DNA from: Acidimicrobiaceae bacterium
Lineage (GTDB): Bacteria; Actinomycetota; Acidimicrobiia; Acidimicrobiales; RAAP-2
Reading direction: 5' to 3'
DNA: 64,000 nt
Assembly: GCA_947456245.1 (NCBI GenBank)
Contig: CANGPS010000007.1
Coordinates: 12,462 to 76,461 of the forward strand
This document shows, piece after piece, positions 55,921 through 64,000 of the stretch. Numbering within the stretch: position 1 is the stretch's first letter; each line of letters starts with the position of its first letter. The notes beneath the pieces are model-generated. The model was given only the letters and a program-made list of their open reading frames with translations, had not been told where the DNA came from and made no database searches. The position numbers and the translations under genes are program-made.

Positions 55921-56768
55921 CAGAGCCGCCCGTCGCCGTGCTCGTGGTCGAGGTCAAGACCGTGGTCGTGATCGTGGTGGTGGTGGCCGAGGAGCCCGCT
56001 GACCTCTCCATCGCCGGCCAGCACCAGGGTGCGCCCGCCGACGTGCAGGACCTCGACCGGGGCGCCATAGAGCGCGGACAGGGTCTCGGTGGTCATGACC
56101 TCCTCAGGACGACCGAGGGCGGCCCGGCCGGCGACGAGGTAGAGCACGCGGTCCACCACCGGCAGGATGGGGTTGATCTCGTGCGTGACGAACAGGACGC
56201 CGAGGCCGGTCGATCGCCGGCGCTCGTGGATCAGCGCCGTGATCCCGGCCTGCGCCCCCGGGTCGAGGGCCAGGAGGGGCTCGTCGAGCAGGAGCAGCCG
56301 GGGGTCGCCGAGCAGGGCCTGGGCGATGCGAAGGCGCTGCTGCTCGCCGCCCGACAGCAGCCCCACCGGCGCCGACGCGAACGCGGTGGCGCCGACGAGC
56401 TCGAGCACCTCGTCGACCTGCCGGCGGACCGCACGCCGCCGTACCGGCAGGCCGGGTCGGCTGCCGGTCAGTCCGAGCTCGACGAGGTCGCGCGCCCGCA
56501 GCGGGAGGTCGGCGTCGAACCCACGGTGCTGGGGCACGTAGCCCACGAGGTGCCGCGCCGAGCGTGGGTCGAGGCCGTCGATGGCGATCGTCCCCGACGT
56601 CGGCTCGAGCAGGCCGAGGAGCACCTTGATCAGGGTGGTCTTGCCCGACCCGTTGGGTCCCAGCACGGCGACGAACTCGCCGGGGGCGACGCTGATGTCC
56701 AGGTCGCGCAGCACCGGACGACCTCCGTAGCCGGCGGTGACCCCGGAAAGATCGACGAGCGCGGTCAC
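55920..56768 (-). CDS. metal ABC transporter ATP-binding protein with His-rich C-terminal tail
   Basis: GTG at 56768 (GTGA overlap with the SBP stop). Walker A GPNGSGKTT; signature LSGGEQQR; Walker B LLLLDEP; tail GHHHHDHDHGLDLDHEHGDGRL. The rest of the 776-aa track ORF is rejected. Confidence 0.85.
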   Translation of the reverse strand: MTALVDLSGVTAGYGGRPVLRDLDISVAPGEFVAVLGPNGSGKTTLIKVLLGLLEPTSGTIAIDGLDPRSARHLVGYVPQHRGFDADLPLRARDLVELGLTGSRPGLPVRRRAVRRQVDEVLELVGATAFASAPVGLLSGGEQQRLRIAQALLGDPRLLLLDEPLLALDPGAQAGITALIHERRRSTGLGVLFVTHEINPILPVVDRVLYLVAGRAALGRPEEVMTTETLSALYGAPVEVLHVGGRTLVLAGDGEVSGLLGHHHHDHDHGLDLDHEHGDGRL

Positions 56769-57652
56769 GTTGAGCCCCCCAGGGCCGTCGCCAGCGCGGC
56801 GATCTGACGGGACTGCCAGGCCACGAAGCTCAGAGCCGGCGGTTGCACCGTCTCGGTCATGAGCACCACGGGAACGCCCGAGGAACGAGCTCGGTCGCGC
56901 ACGGCCGCCGTGGCCGGGGTGTCGACCTGGCTGTTGACGATCAGGGCGTCGGCTCGGCTGGGCCGCACGAGGGCGTCGATCGAGGCCGTGGCCGCCGCGC
57001 TCGGGCTCTGGCCGGACTCGACGGCCCGAGCGAAGCTCTCGGGCGAGACGATGTCGAGGCCCGCCTCGGCGAGGAGGTAGTCGGCCACCCGCTCGGTCAC
57101 GAGGACCGGAGCATGGGGATGGGCGGATCGGATCGCTCGAAGCGAGGCGAGGTCCGGACGCAACGAGGACACGAAGGCGGAGAGGCCAGCCCGGTAGTCC
57201 GCGGCGTGGCCGGGGTCGACAGCGATCAGGTTGCGCGCGATGGCCGCCGCCACGGCCGGCACGCGAGCGAGGTTGTACCAGAGGTGCGGGTTGACATCGG
57301 ACCCGGAGACGCCCAGGACGGTGGCGGCCTCGACCACCCGCTGCGGGCCGGCCGACCCCTGGGCCAGCATCCTCGACATGTAGGGGTCGTATCCGAGGCC
57401 GTTCATCACCACCACCCGCGCCGTCGCCACGGCTGCCGCCGCCGAGGCGGTCGGCTGGTACTCGTGCGGGTCGGCCCCCGGGGCCGAGAGCAGCGAGGTG
57501 ACCACGACGTGGTCGCCGCCGACCGCGGCCGCCACAGCCCCCCAGGGGCTCTCCGCCGCCACGACCCGGAGACGACCCGATGCGGTCGTGGCTGAAGGAG
57601 AGGTGCCGCAGGCGGCCAGGACGGCAGCGCAGCACAGGAGGAGGGGGGTCAT
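56765..57652 (-). CDS. metal ABC transporter substrate-binding lipoprotein (ZnuA/TroA cluster 9)
   Basis: Trimmed to MTPLLLCCAAVLAACG (lipobox LAAC). ...DPHEYQP...NPHLWY..., typical metal-binding His regions. Confidence 0.8.
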   Translation of the reverse strand: MTPLLLCCAAVLAACGTSPSATTASGRLRVVAAESPWGAVAAAVGGDHVVVTSLLSAPGADPHEYQPTASAAAAVATARVVVMNGLGYDPYMSRMLAQGSAGPQRVVEAATVLGVSGSDVNPHLWYNLARVPAVAAAIARNLIAVDPGHAADYRAGLSAFVSSLRPDLASLRAIRSAHPHAPVLVTERVADYLLAEAGLDIVSPESFARAVESGQSPSAAATASIDALVRPSRADALIVNSQVDTPATAAVRDRARSSGVPVVLMTETVQPPALSFVAWQSRQIAALATALGGST

Positions 57653-57696
57653 GCGGTGCACGGCGTCGACCTCCATCCTCGTCGGGGCTTCTCTGG

Positions 57697-57741
57697 AACC
57701 GTTCTGATTCTGGATCATCGTAGACAGGAATCGGAACGGTT
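57697..57741. promoter_or_regulatory. large inverted repeat between znuA and zur (candidate Zur operator/promoter region)
   Basis: AACCGTTCTGATTC (57697-57710) and GAATCGGAACGGTT (57728-57741) are complementary at 13 of 14 positions. A TACAAT -10-like hexamer at 57741-57746 lies 6 nt before the zur GTG (57753), suggesting a leaderless transcript. Confidence 0.5.
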
Positions 57742-57752
57742 ACAATCTGGAC

Positions 57753-58160
57753 GTGCCCGATCCCAGCGCCACCCCGGTCCGCATGACCCGCCAGCGCCGT
57801 GCCCTCGAGGCTGCGCTGGCCGCGGCCGACGGGTTCCGCTCCGCCCAGGACCTCCACGCCGACCTGCGGGCCTCCGACCAGCGCGTCGGGCTGGCGACCG
57901 TCTACTCGCAGTTGCGCCAGATGGCCGAGGCGGGGCAGGTCGACGTCATCCGATCCGAGGCCGGCGAGGCCCTCTACCGAGCCTGTGGCGGCGGGGAGCA
58001 CCACCACCACCTCCGGTGCCGCGGCTGCGGCCGGGTCGACGAGCTCCATGCGCCCGCCGTCGAGACCTGGGCCAACGAGGTGGCCGCCCGGAGCGGGTTC
58101 CGCGACCTCTCCCACACCCTCGAGGTCACCGGGATCTGCCCGGCCTGCGCCGATGGCTGA
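57753..58160 (+). CDS. zur: Fur-family metalloregulator (Zur-like)
   Basis: 135 aa. MTRQRRALEAAL...; HHHHLRCRGCG and ICPAC (two CxxC pairs). Divergent from the zinc-type ABC operon. Confidence 0.85.
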   Translation: MPDPSATPVRMTRQRRALEAALAAADGFRSAQDLHADLRASDQRVGLATVYSQLRQMAEAGQVDVIRSEAGEALYRACGGGEHHHHLRCRGCGRVDELHAPAVETWANEVAARSGFRDLSHTLEVTGICPACADG

Positions 58161-58983
58161 CCAGGCGACAGCCGCCGGACACCCGGACCACGTCGTCCTG
58201 CTGCCGGTCTGGGACCTCGTCGACCTCGGGGTCGATGCAGTCATCACCACCCGAGCCGGCGGCCTCTCCCGGCCGCCCTACGACACGTTGAACCTCGGCC
58301 TGCACGTCGGCGACCACGAGGAGCACGTCCTGACCAACCGCGAGCGGCTCGCCGCCACCTATGGCTGCCACCTCGACGACATGGTCTTCCTCGACCAGTG
58401 CCATGGGACCAGGGTGGCCACGGTCGGCGCCAGCCACGCCGGCCGCGGGGCGCGGTTCATCGAGAACGCGCTCAGCGCCACCGACGCGGCGGTGACCACG
58501 ACCGTCGGGCTCCCGCTGGTGATCCAGGTCGCCGACTGCACCCCGATCGTCCTCGTCGACCCAGAGGCTGCGGTCCTGGGCCTCGCCCACGCCGGGTGGA
58601 GGGGCGCGGTCGGCGGGATCGGGCCGGCCACGGTCGAGGCGATGGTGGCCGCCGGGGCCGAGCGGTCGCGAATCCACGCCTGGCTCGGCCCGGGCGTCGA
58701 CGTGGCCCGCTACGAGGTGGGCCCGGAGGTCGTCGCCGCCGCTCGCTCCTGCGGAGGCGCGGCGGCGGTCGTCGAGATCGCGGGATCCAGTCACCTCGAC
58801 ACCACCACCCTCAACCGGCTCCTGCTCGAGGGCGCTGGGATCCCCACCGACCAGATCACGGCGTCCGAGCTGCGCACGGACGATCCTCGGCTGTTCTCCG
58901 ACCGCCACGCCCGACCCTGTGGTCGATTCGCCGTCGTCGCCCGGCTCACTGGGGCTCCCGCCGTAGCATCGGGGGTCTCATGA
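58153..58983 (+). CDS. pgeF: polyphenol-oxidase/laccase-domain protein YfiH (peptidoglycan editing factor PgeF family)
   Basis: ATG at 58153, in frame with track ORF 57799..58983 (its upstream part overlaps zur and is rejected). ...TTRAGG.S..PY..LNL..HVGD...V..NR...Q.HG...ADC.P...GLAHAGWRG... pattern. Confidence 0.8.
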   Translation: MADQATAAGHPDHVVLLPVWDLVDLGVDAVITTRAGGLSRPPYDTLNLGLHVGDHEEHVLTNRERLAATYGCHLDDMVFLDQCHGTRVATVGASHAGRGARFIENALSATDAAVTTTVGLPLVIQVADCTPIVLVDPEAAVLGLAHAGWRGAVGGIGPATVEAMVAAGAERSRIHAWLGPGVDVARYEVGPEVVAAARSCGGAAAVVEIAGSSHLDTTTLNRLLLEGAGIPTDQITASELRTDDPRLFSDRHARPCGRFAVVARLTGAPAVASGVS

Positions 58984-60284
58984 GCCGTCCCGACCCCTTC
59001 GTGATCCTCGGCGTCGAGATCGACGCGGCGGCTGCCACGGTGACCGGACGGTGGGCCATCGGCGATGAGGTCTTCGAGGAGACGGCGGCCGTCCCCGATG
59101 GGGACTTGACCCTTCCCGGGGTGGCCGCCGCCGCTGAGCTGTGGTGCCTGCTCGCCGGCGTCTCCTACTTCAAGACCGCAGCCCCCCTCCGCATCGAGAT
59201 CGACGGCATCCGCACCTCCCCCGCCGAGCGCGAGTTCCTCCGTCGCTTCTACGTCGCCGGCCTCGGCGAGTTCGCCCTCGGCAACGGCCTCGACCTCACC
59301 GACCTGACCATCGTGGGGCTCGACGGCTCCGGTCCCGCAGACCGGGCTCAGGGGGATCCCGGGCGGATCCTCATCCCCTTCGGCGGCGGCCTCGACTCGA
59401 TCGTGACCGTCGCCGAGCTCGCCGGCCAGGCCGACGAGGCCGCCCTGTTCGTCGTGGAGCGGCCGGGCAGCAGGTTCGACGCCATCGAGGTGCCGGCGGC
59501 CGCCACCGGCCTGCCGGTGGTGCGGGTCGAGCGGCTCCTCGACCCCAAGGTCCTCGAGTCCGCCCAGCGGGGATACCTCAACGGTCACGTCCCCGTCACC
59601 GGGGTGATCTCGGCCCTCGCCGTCCTGGCCGCTGTGGCCACGGGACGAGGAGCGGTGGCCATGTCCAACGAGCGCTCCGCCTCGGCGGCGACCACGCAGG
59701 GGCCACACGGCCCCGTCAACCACCAGTGGTCCAAGGGCCTCGAGTTCGAGTCCGGCTTCCGCTCGCTGGTGGAGGCCCGGGTCGGCTCCGTGGCCTACTT
59801 CTCGTGGCTGAGGGACCGCTCGGAGCTCTCCATCGCCGCCGTCCTCGCCGGCCTCGACGAGTTCCTGCCGCTCTTCCGGTCCTGCAACCGCTCCTTCCAC
59901 CAGGACCCCGCCCGGCGCCTCGATCGCTGGTGCGGGACCTGCGACAAGTGCCTCTTCATCAACCTGGCGCTCGCACCCTTCCTTCCTCCCGAGACCCTGG
60001 CCGAGATCTTCGGGGGCACCGAGCCGCTGGTCCAGCTCCCCCTGGCGGGTCAGCTGCGCGTCCTCGTGGGCATGAGCGAGGAGACCCGCCCCTTCGAGTG
60101 CGTCGGCGACGAGGAGGAGTGCCGAGAGGCCCTGCTGCGCACCGCCGAGCGCCCCGATCGGTCGGCGGACCAGGCGCTCCAGGAGCTCGCGCGCGAGGTC
60201 GGTCTCGTCCATCGTCCGAGCGAGCCACCTCCACCGGCCGCTGTGATCCCGGAGCGCTATGCGCCACCAGCTGGGTTGGGCTGA
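58980..60284 (+). CDS. murL: PP-loop-like ATPase family protein; candidate MurL (UDP-MurNAc-L-Ala-L-Glu epimerase)
   Basis: ATG at 58980 (ATGA overlap with the pgeF stop). ILIPFGGGLDSIV (PP-loop-like), NGHVP, CGTCDKCLF. About 434 aa, immediately upstream of a MurD-like ligase. The assignment rests on motif plus context. Confidence 0.55.
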   Translation: MSRPDPFVILGVEIDAAAATVTGRWAIGDEVFEETAAVPDGDLTLPGVAAAAELWCLLAGVSYFKTAAPLRIEIDGIRTSPAEREFLRRFYVAGLGEFALGNGLDLTDLTIVGLDGSGPADRAQGDPGRILIPFGGGLDSIVTVAELAGQADEAALFVVERPGSRFDAIEVPAAATGLPVVRVERLLDPKVLESAQRGYLNGHVPVTGVISALAVLAAVATGRGAVAMSNERSASAATTQGPHGPVNHQWSKGLEFESGFRSLVEARVGSVAYFSWLRDRSELSIAAVLAGLDEFLPLFRSCNRSFHQDPARRLDRWCGTCDKCLFINLALAPFLPPETLAEIFGGTEPLVQLPLAGQLRVLVGMSEETRPFECVGDEEECREALLRTAERPDRSADQALQELAREVGLVHRPSEPPPPAAVIPERYAPPAGLG

Positions 60285-61587
60285 CCTCGCCGGGTCCCGG
60301 GTCGGCATCTTCGGTGCCGGACTCGAGGGCCGGACCGCTGCGCTGCGGCTGGCTGACCTGACCGACGACATCGTCGTGGTCGACGATCGACCTGCCGGGA
60401 ACCTCGGCGAGCGTGAGGTGATCGCCACCGACGCCGGGGGCGCGTCCCTGCTCGCCTCCTGCGACGTCGTGATCAAGTCACCAGGGATCTCGGCCTATCG
60501 GGAGGACGTGGCCGCCCTCGAGCGGGCAGGGGTCGCCGTGGTCGGCGGGGTCGGCCTGACCGTGCACGAGGCCGACCCCAGCCGGGTCGTCTGCATCACC
60601 GGCACCAAGGGGAAGTCGACGACCTCGAGCGTGCTCGGCCACCTGGCCGCCGCGGCCGGGCTCCGGGTCGAGGTCACGGGCAACATCGGCCGACCGCCCT
60701 TCGATCCGTCGATCCCCGCCGACCTCGACCTGCTGGTGATCGAGACCTCGAGCTTCCAGGCCCTCGACGTGGCCGACGCCCCAGGCATCGTGGTCGTCAC
60801 CTCCCTCGACGTCGACCACCTCGACTGGCACGGCACGGTCGAGCGCTACCAGGCCGACAAGCTCTCCCTCACCTCGCTGCCCGATGCCGGGAGGACCCTG
60901 GTGCCGGCAGACGACCCCACGCTCAGAGCGCAGGTGGACCGGCTGGGCGGCGACGTGACCTGGGTGCCAGGGCCCGACCGGGACTGGACCGATGCCCTCG
61001 GGATGGCCGGCCGGCACAATGCCATCAACGCCGAGCTCGCCGCCGCGGTGCTGCGGGCGCTCGAGATCCCGCTCGGGTCAGATCCCGATGCCCTCAGGGA
61101 GGCGGCCGCCGGCTACGACGGCCTGCCGGGACGCTTCCGGGAGATCGGGCGACGTGGGGACGTGCGCTTCATCGACGACGGGCTGGCGACCAACGTGCTT
61201 CCCACCCTCGCCGCCCTGCGCTCGCTCGAGGGGCAGCGCCTCGCCATCCTCGTGGGCGGCCACGACCGGGGCATCGACTACGCCGAGCTGATCGACGCGC
61301 TCGCCAGCCGCTCCGCCCCCACCATGGTGATCGGGCTCCCCGAGTCCGGCACCCGGCTCGTGGCCGCGGTCAGCGGCACTGGGTCAGGCACCGAGTCGGC
61401 GGCCGTCGGCTCGATCGACGAGGCGGTCGACCTCGCTGATGGCTGGATCGGCGACGAGGGGGTGGTGCTGCTCTCTCCCGCCGCACCGAGCTTCAGCCAG
61501 TTCGCCAACTGGAAGGAGCGCTCCGAGGCGTTCGCGGGGGCGGTGCGCCGACGCATCGACGATGCGCACCGGCGACCGGAGGCCTGA
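60259..61587 (+). CDS. murD2: Mur ligase family protein, MurD-like; candidate MurD2 (UDP-MurNAc-L-Ala--L-Glu ligase)
   Basis: 442 aa. N-terminal Rossmann-like GSRVGIFGAGLEG; ATP site ITGTKGKSTT; ...DHLDWHG...; lies outside any dcw-type context. Confidence 0.6.
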   Translation: MRHQLGWADLAGSRVGIFGAGLEGRTAALRLADLTDDIVVVDDRPAGNLGEREVIATDAGGASLLASCDVVIKSPGISAYREDVAALERAGVAVVGGVGLTVHEADPSRVVCITGTKGKSTTSSVLGHLAAAAGLRVEVTGNIGRPPFDPSIPADLDLLVIETSSFQALDVADAPGIVVVTSLDVDHLDWHGTVERYQADKLSLTSLPDAGRTLVPADDPTLRAQVDRLGGDVTWVPGPDRDWTDALGMAGRHNAINAELAAAVLRALEIPLGSDPDALREAAAGYDGLPGRFREIGRRGDVRFIDDGLATNVLPTLAALRSLEGQRLAILVGGHDRGIDYAELIDALASRSAPTMVIGLPESGTRLVAAVSGTGSGTESAAVGSIDEAVDLADGWIGDEGVVLLSPAAPSFSQFANWKERSEAFAGAVRRRIDDAHRRPEA

Positions 61588-61610
61588 CGCCGGCCGAACG
61601 GCTGGCACGC

Positions 61611-62555
61611 TCAGACAGACGACCGTCCTGCGCTGGTGACCATGGCCCTGACCCGGGGAACCATACCGACCCGGACCCGGTTGGAGACGAGGAGGGCCAC
61701 GTTCACCGGCCAGCCGACCCCGGCATAGCGTCGGTAGAAGCGGATCGGCGGGGTGAGGACGACGCCGTTCCGGGCCCGGTCGACGAAGCTGCGGACCGCC
61801 TTGGACGCAGGGATCTCCGGGTCGATCCAGGTCGGCAGGCCACGGGGGCAGATCCCGACCGAGCGACTGGCGATCCAGGTGGAGCCGCCGATGGCGTTGA
61901 CCTTCATGGCGAAGTGCCAGTCGAGCCATCCGTGCTGGAACACGCCATCGAACGGATCTGCCGCGTCGAGCCGCTCGGTGGACACGAGGATGCAGTTCCC
62001 CGGGATGAGGTCCACCCGCTCGGCGGTGCCGGACGGCAGGACATAGGTGGTCGTCATCCACGGCCGCGTCCGCTCGAAGCGCCGTCCCGAGTACTGGACC
62101 ATGTCCCGAAGGTCACGCTGCGGACCAGACAACACGGGGTCGACGAAGCCCGATTCCTCGATGGCACGACGCTCGGCCAGGAGGAGCTCCAGTGCGTCCT
62201 CGTCGAGCATCACGTCGTCGTTGAGCCAGAGGTAGAGGTCCGGCGGAGCTTGCTGCGTGGCGTCACGGGCGGCGGCCATGCCGCCGCCGTAGAAGTAGGT
62301 GCCGTCGCCCTGGATCACGTGGACCCGCGGATCGAGTGCCGCCGCGGCCAAGCCCGTGCCGTCGGTCCCGTCGTCGAGGAGCCAGACGGCGAGGCTGACG
62401 TCACCGTCGAGGACGGCCGACTGGGCGAAGAGGAGCTCAAGGCACTTCAGCGTGACGGCCGAGCGGTTGAAGCACGCCATCAGGACGCCGATCGAGATCG
62501 GCTGCGCCGAGGCGGCCTCCCGTTCTCCTCGCTCAGCCATGTCCTCGGTCCTCAC
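61611..62555 (-). CDS. glycosyltransferase family 2
   Basis: 314 aa. ISIGVLMACFNRS...LLDDGTDGT...LWLNDDV (DxD-like), GT-A fold signature. Confidence 0.8.
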   Translation of the reverse strand: MRTEDMAERGEREAASAQPISIGVLMACFNRSAVTLKCLELLFAQSAVLDGDVSLAVWLLDDGTDGTGLAAAALDPRVHVIQGDGTYFYGGGMAAARDATQQAPPDLYLWLNDDVMLDEDALELLLAERRAIEESGFVDPVLSGPQRDLRDMVQYSGRRFERTRPWMTTTYVLPSGTAERVDLIPGNCILVSTERLDAADPFDGVFQHGWLDWHFAMKVNAIGGSTWIASRSVGICPRGLPTWIDPEIPASKAVRSFVDRARNGVVLTPPIRFYRRYAGVGWPVNVALLVSNRVRVGMVPRVRAMVTSAGRSSV

Positions 62556-62571
62556 CTCTCGCTCGCCACCG

Positions 62572-62625
62572 CAGGCCGAGATGCCCGAGATGCCCGAGTT
62601 GCCCGAGTTGCCCGAGTTGCTGCTG
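62572..62625. repeat. 9-bp tandem repeat, about 6 units
   Basis: caggccgag atgcccgag atgcccgag ttgcccgag ttgcccgag ttgctgctg. Lies 17 nt upstream of the GT2 start and before tRNA-Thr(CGT). Confidence 0.8.
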
Positions 62626-62706
62626 CAGCATGGGCATCAACGACGCAACCCGACAAGCGGGCCGTCCTGCCAGATGCGGACGACCAACGACGGTGCGCTG
62701 AACTGG

Positions 62707-62778
62707 AGCCTGGGATGGGACTTGAACCCATGACCTACGCATTACGAGTGCGTTGCTCTACCACTGAGCTACCCAGGC
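62707..62778 (-). tRNA. tRNA-Thr (anticodon CGT)
   Basis: rc = GCCTGGG-TA-GCTC-AGTGGTA-GAGC-A-ACGCA-CTCGTAA-TGCGT-AGGTC-ATGGG-TTCAAGT-CCCAT-CCCAGGC-T. CCA is encoded immediately after (62704-62706). Confidence 0.9.
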
Positions 62779-63090
62779 CTGCACTGCTCCTGAGTCGACC
62801 GCAGGTGGCCAGACCGGTGTGGGACCCCGGGGACGCATCCCGAAGGTCTCGCACTGATCGGTGCTCAGGACCTCGACACTAGCAATTCCGATAGGGCGGC
62901 GATCTCGCGCCATCCGCCGCCGGGGAAGCTCCCCTTGGGCCCGCTTCGGTCGCCCGTCTGGATCGATGGGCGAGGAGCGGTGTCCTCGGCGAGCCCGTGC
63001 CGGCGCTCTGGCTATCTCATCGTCCTTCGTGCCTGCTAGATAGTATGAAGTATAATCAAGAGGCTCCTCGATCAAAGGAAAGGTTCAGAT

Positions 63091-64000
63091 ATGACCCGCT
63101 CGCTGCTCAGACCACTCGCAGCCGTCATCGTCGCCGCGGCGGTGCTGTCGTCCGTCCCGCTGGGATCGGTGGCAACCGCCGCCAGCCTGCCGCCGGCCAC
63201 CAGGGACACCATCTCGGTGGGGGGCCAGCCGTGGGCCCTGCTGGCAGACAGCTCCCACCTGTGGATCGCGAACATCTTCGATCAGACCGTGACCGAGCTC
63301 GACAAGGCGACCGGCTCCCTCGTCGCCACCATCCCCGCCGGGCCCACGCCGTCATCGCTCGCCGACGATGGCACCCACCTCTGGGTGACCAACACCTACG
63401 CGGACACGGTCTCGGAGATCGACAAGGAGACGGCAACCGTCATCAAGACGATCACGTTGCCTCAGGACGCCCTCCCCCTCGGCATCTCCACCGACGGAGC
63501 GACGGTCTGGGTGGACATGAACGGCTTCGGCACGGTCGCGGCCATCGACGCCACGACCGGCACCATCGTCGGGACCATCGAGGTGGGATCGCAGCCGCAG
63601 TGGTCATTCTCGGCCGCCGGCACCCTCTGGGTGGCGAACATGGCAAGCAACACGGTGAGCAAGATCGACGAGGCGACCAACACCGTGGTCGACACCATCG
63701 CAGTCGGCCAAAACCCGATCGGCATCGTCGGACTGAGCGACGGCTCGCGGATCTGGGTGGCCGAGCAGGGTGACGGGGCCGTGTCGGTGATCGATACCTC
63801 CTCCGACACCGTGATCGACACCATCGCCGTGGGCGCAGGGCCCACCGGCATGGCACTCACCCCCGACGAGACCAGCATCTGGGTCGTGAACTCCGACGAC
63901 TCGACGGTCTCGGCGCTCTCCCCGGCGACGGGGACCGTCACCGGCACCTTCGCCGTCGGTGCAGGTGCGAAGGAAGCAGCCACCGACGGAACCTTCGTCT
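63091..64000 (+). CDS. secreted YVTN-type beta-propeller repeat protein; 3' end beyond window
   Basis: Hand translation from ATG 63091: MTRSLLRPLAAVIVAAAVLSSVPLGSVATAAS (signal peptide). It is followed by about 40-residue repeats of the form ...VSEIDKETATVIKTITLPQDALPLGIS.DG..VWV... Open to the window end. Preceded by an AT-rich region with TATAAT. Minus-strand track ORFs here are shadows. Confidence 0.75.
   Translation, partial: MTRSLLRPLAAVIVAAAVLSSVPLGSVATAASLPPATRDTISVGGQPWALLADSSHLWIANIFDQTVTELDKATGSLVATIPAGPTPSSLADDGTHLWVTNTYADTVSEIDKETATVIKTITLPQDALPLGISTDGATVWVDMNGFGTVAAIDATTGTIVGTIEVGSQPQWSFSAAGTLWVANMASNTVSKIDEATNTVVDTIAVGQNPIGIVGLSDGSRIWVAEQGDGAVSVIDTSSDTVIDTIAVGAGPTGMALTPDETSIWVVNSDDSTVSALSPATGTVTGTFAVGAGAKEAATDGTFV

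Noticed and set aside
55920-58250. N-terminal extensions of several track ORFs. These are: 55920..58250 (776 aa) for the ABC ATPase; 49476..51539 for tilS; 36616..39501 for clpC1; 32541..33989 for rlmB; 41687..42814 for coaX; 21411..22538 for NUDIX; 6591..7376 for VOC; 57799..58983 for pgeF.
   Set aside because: The extensions overlap neighbouring well-supported genes in other frames and are low-complexity. Internal ATG, GTG or TTG starts give canonical N-termini, often with 1-4-nt stop/start coupling to the upstream gene.
63125-63983. Minus-strand ORFs 63462..63983, 63452..63856 and 63125..63436, and plus ORF 62997..63773, at the right edge.
   Set aside because: They are shadows of the + strand YVTN beta-propeller gene (63091 to the window end). 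That gene has a signal peptide and clear ~40-residue repeats, and it is missing from the track only because it runs off the window.

Overview
This is a high-GC, Actinomycetota-type chromosomal window. About 90% of it is densely packed housekeeping or accessory-metabolism genes, mostly on the minus strand. Recognisable blocks are: groEL2 with a CIRCE operator; a SAM-I riboswitch in front of a thrC-like/moaD-like pair; rlmB-ispF-ispD-carD-radA-clpC1; lysS-coaX-nadC-nadB-panC; folK-folB-(phosphatase-like)-folP-folE; a tilS::hpt fusion; sigH/rsrA; znuABC with divergent zur; pgeF-murL-murD2; and two tRNA-Thr genes. The long ORFs in the track that lie antisense to these genes are high-GC shadow ORFs and are not called.

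The outlier is 14.6-21.0 kb. This segment is visibly lower in GC. Seven same-orientation copies of a ~68-bp element cut it into six cassettes. The innermost copy is the last 12 codons plus stop of a GNAT gene (NUDIX-GNAT operon). The cassettes carry three hicAB pairs, higBA, one more TA-like pair, tetR+SDR, a ypeA-like GNAT without a start codon, a HAD fragment and small membrane ORFs.

Divergence among the repeat copies falls mainly on synonymous positions of the GNAT reading frame, so each copy can still encode ...RETNVYRFSLEG-stop. No integrase or transposase is visible in the 64 kb. I read this as an integron-like, gene-3'-end-anchored cassette array that is not a classical integron (no attC-type palindromes, no intI) and not a CRISPR. 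It is the strongest candidate for something undescribed.

Everything was read by eye from the sequence and the ORF track. No database search was run, so family names come from motif recognition, and start codons are my best choice.
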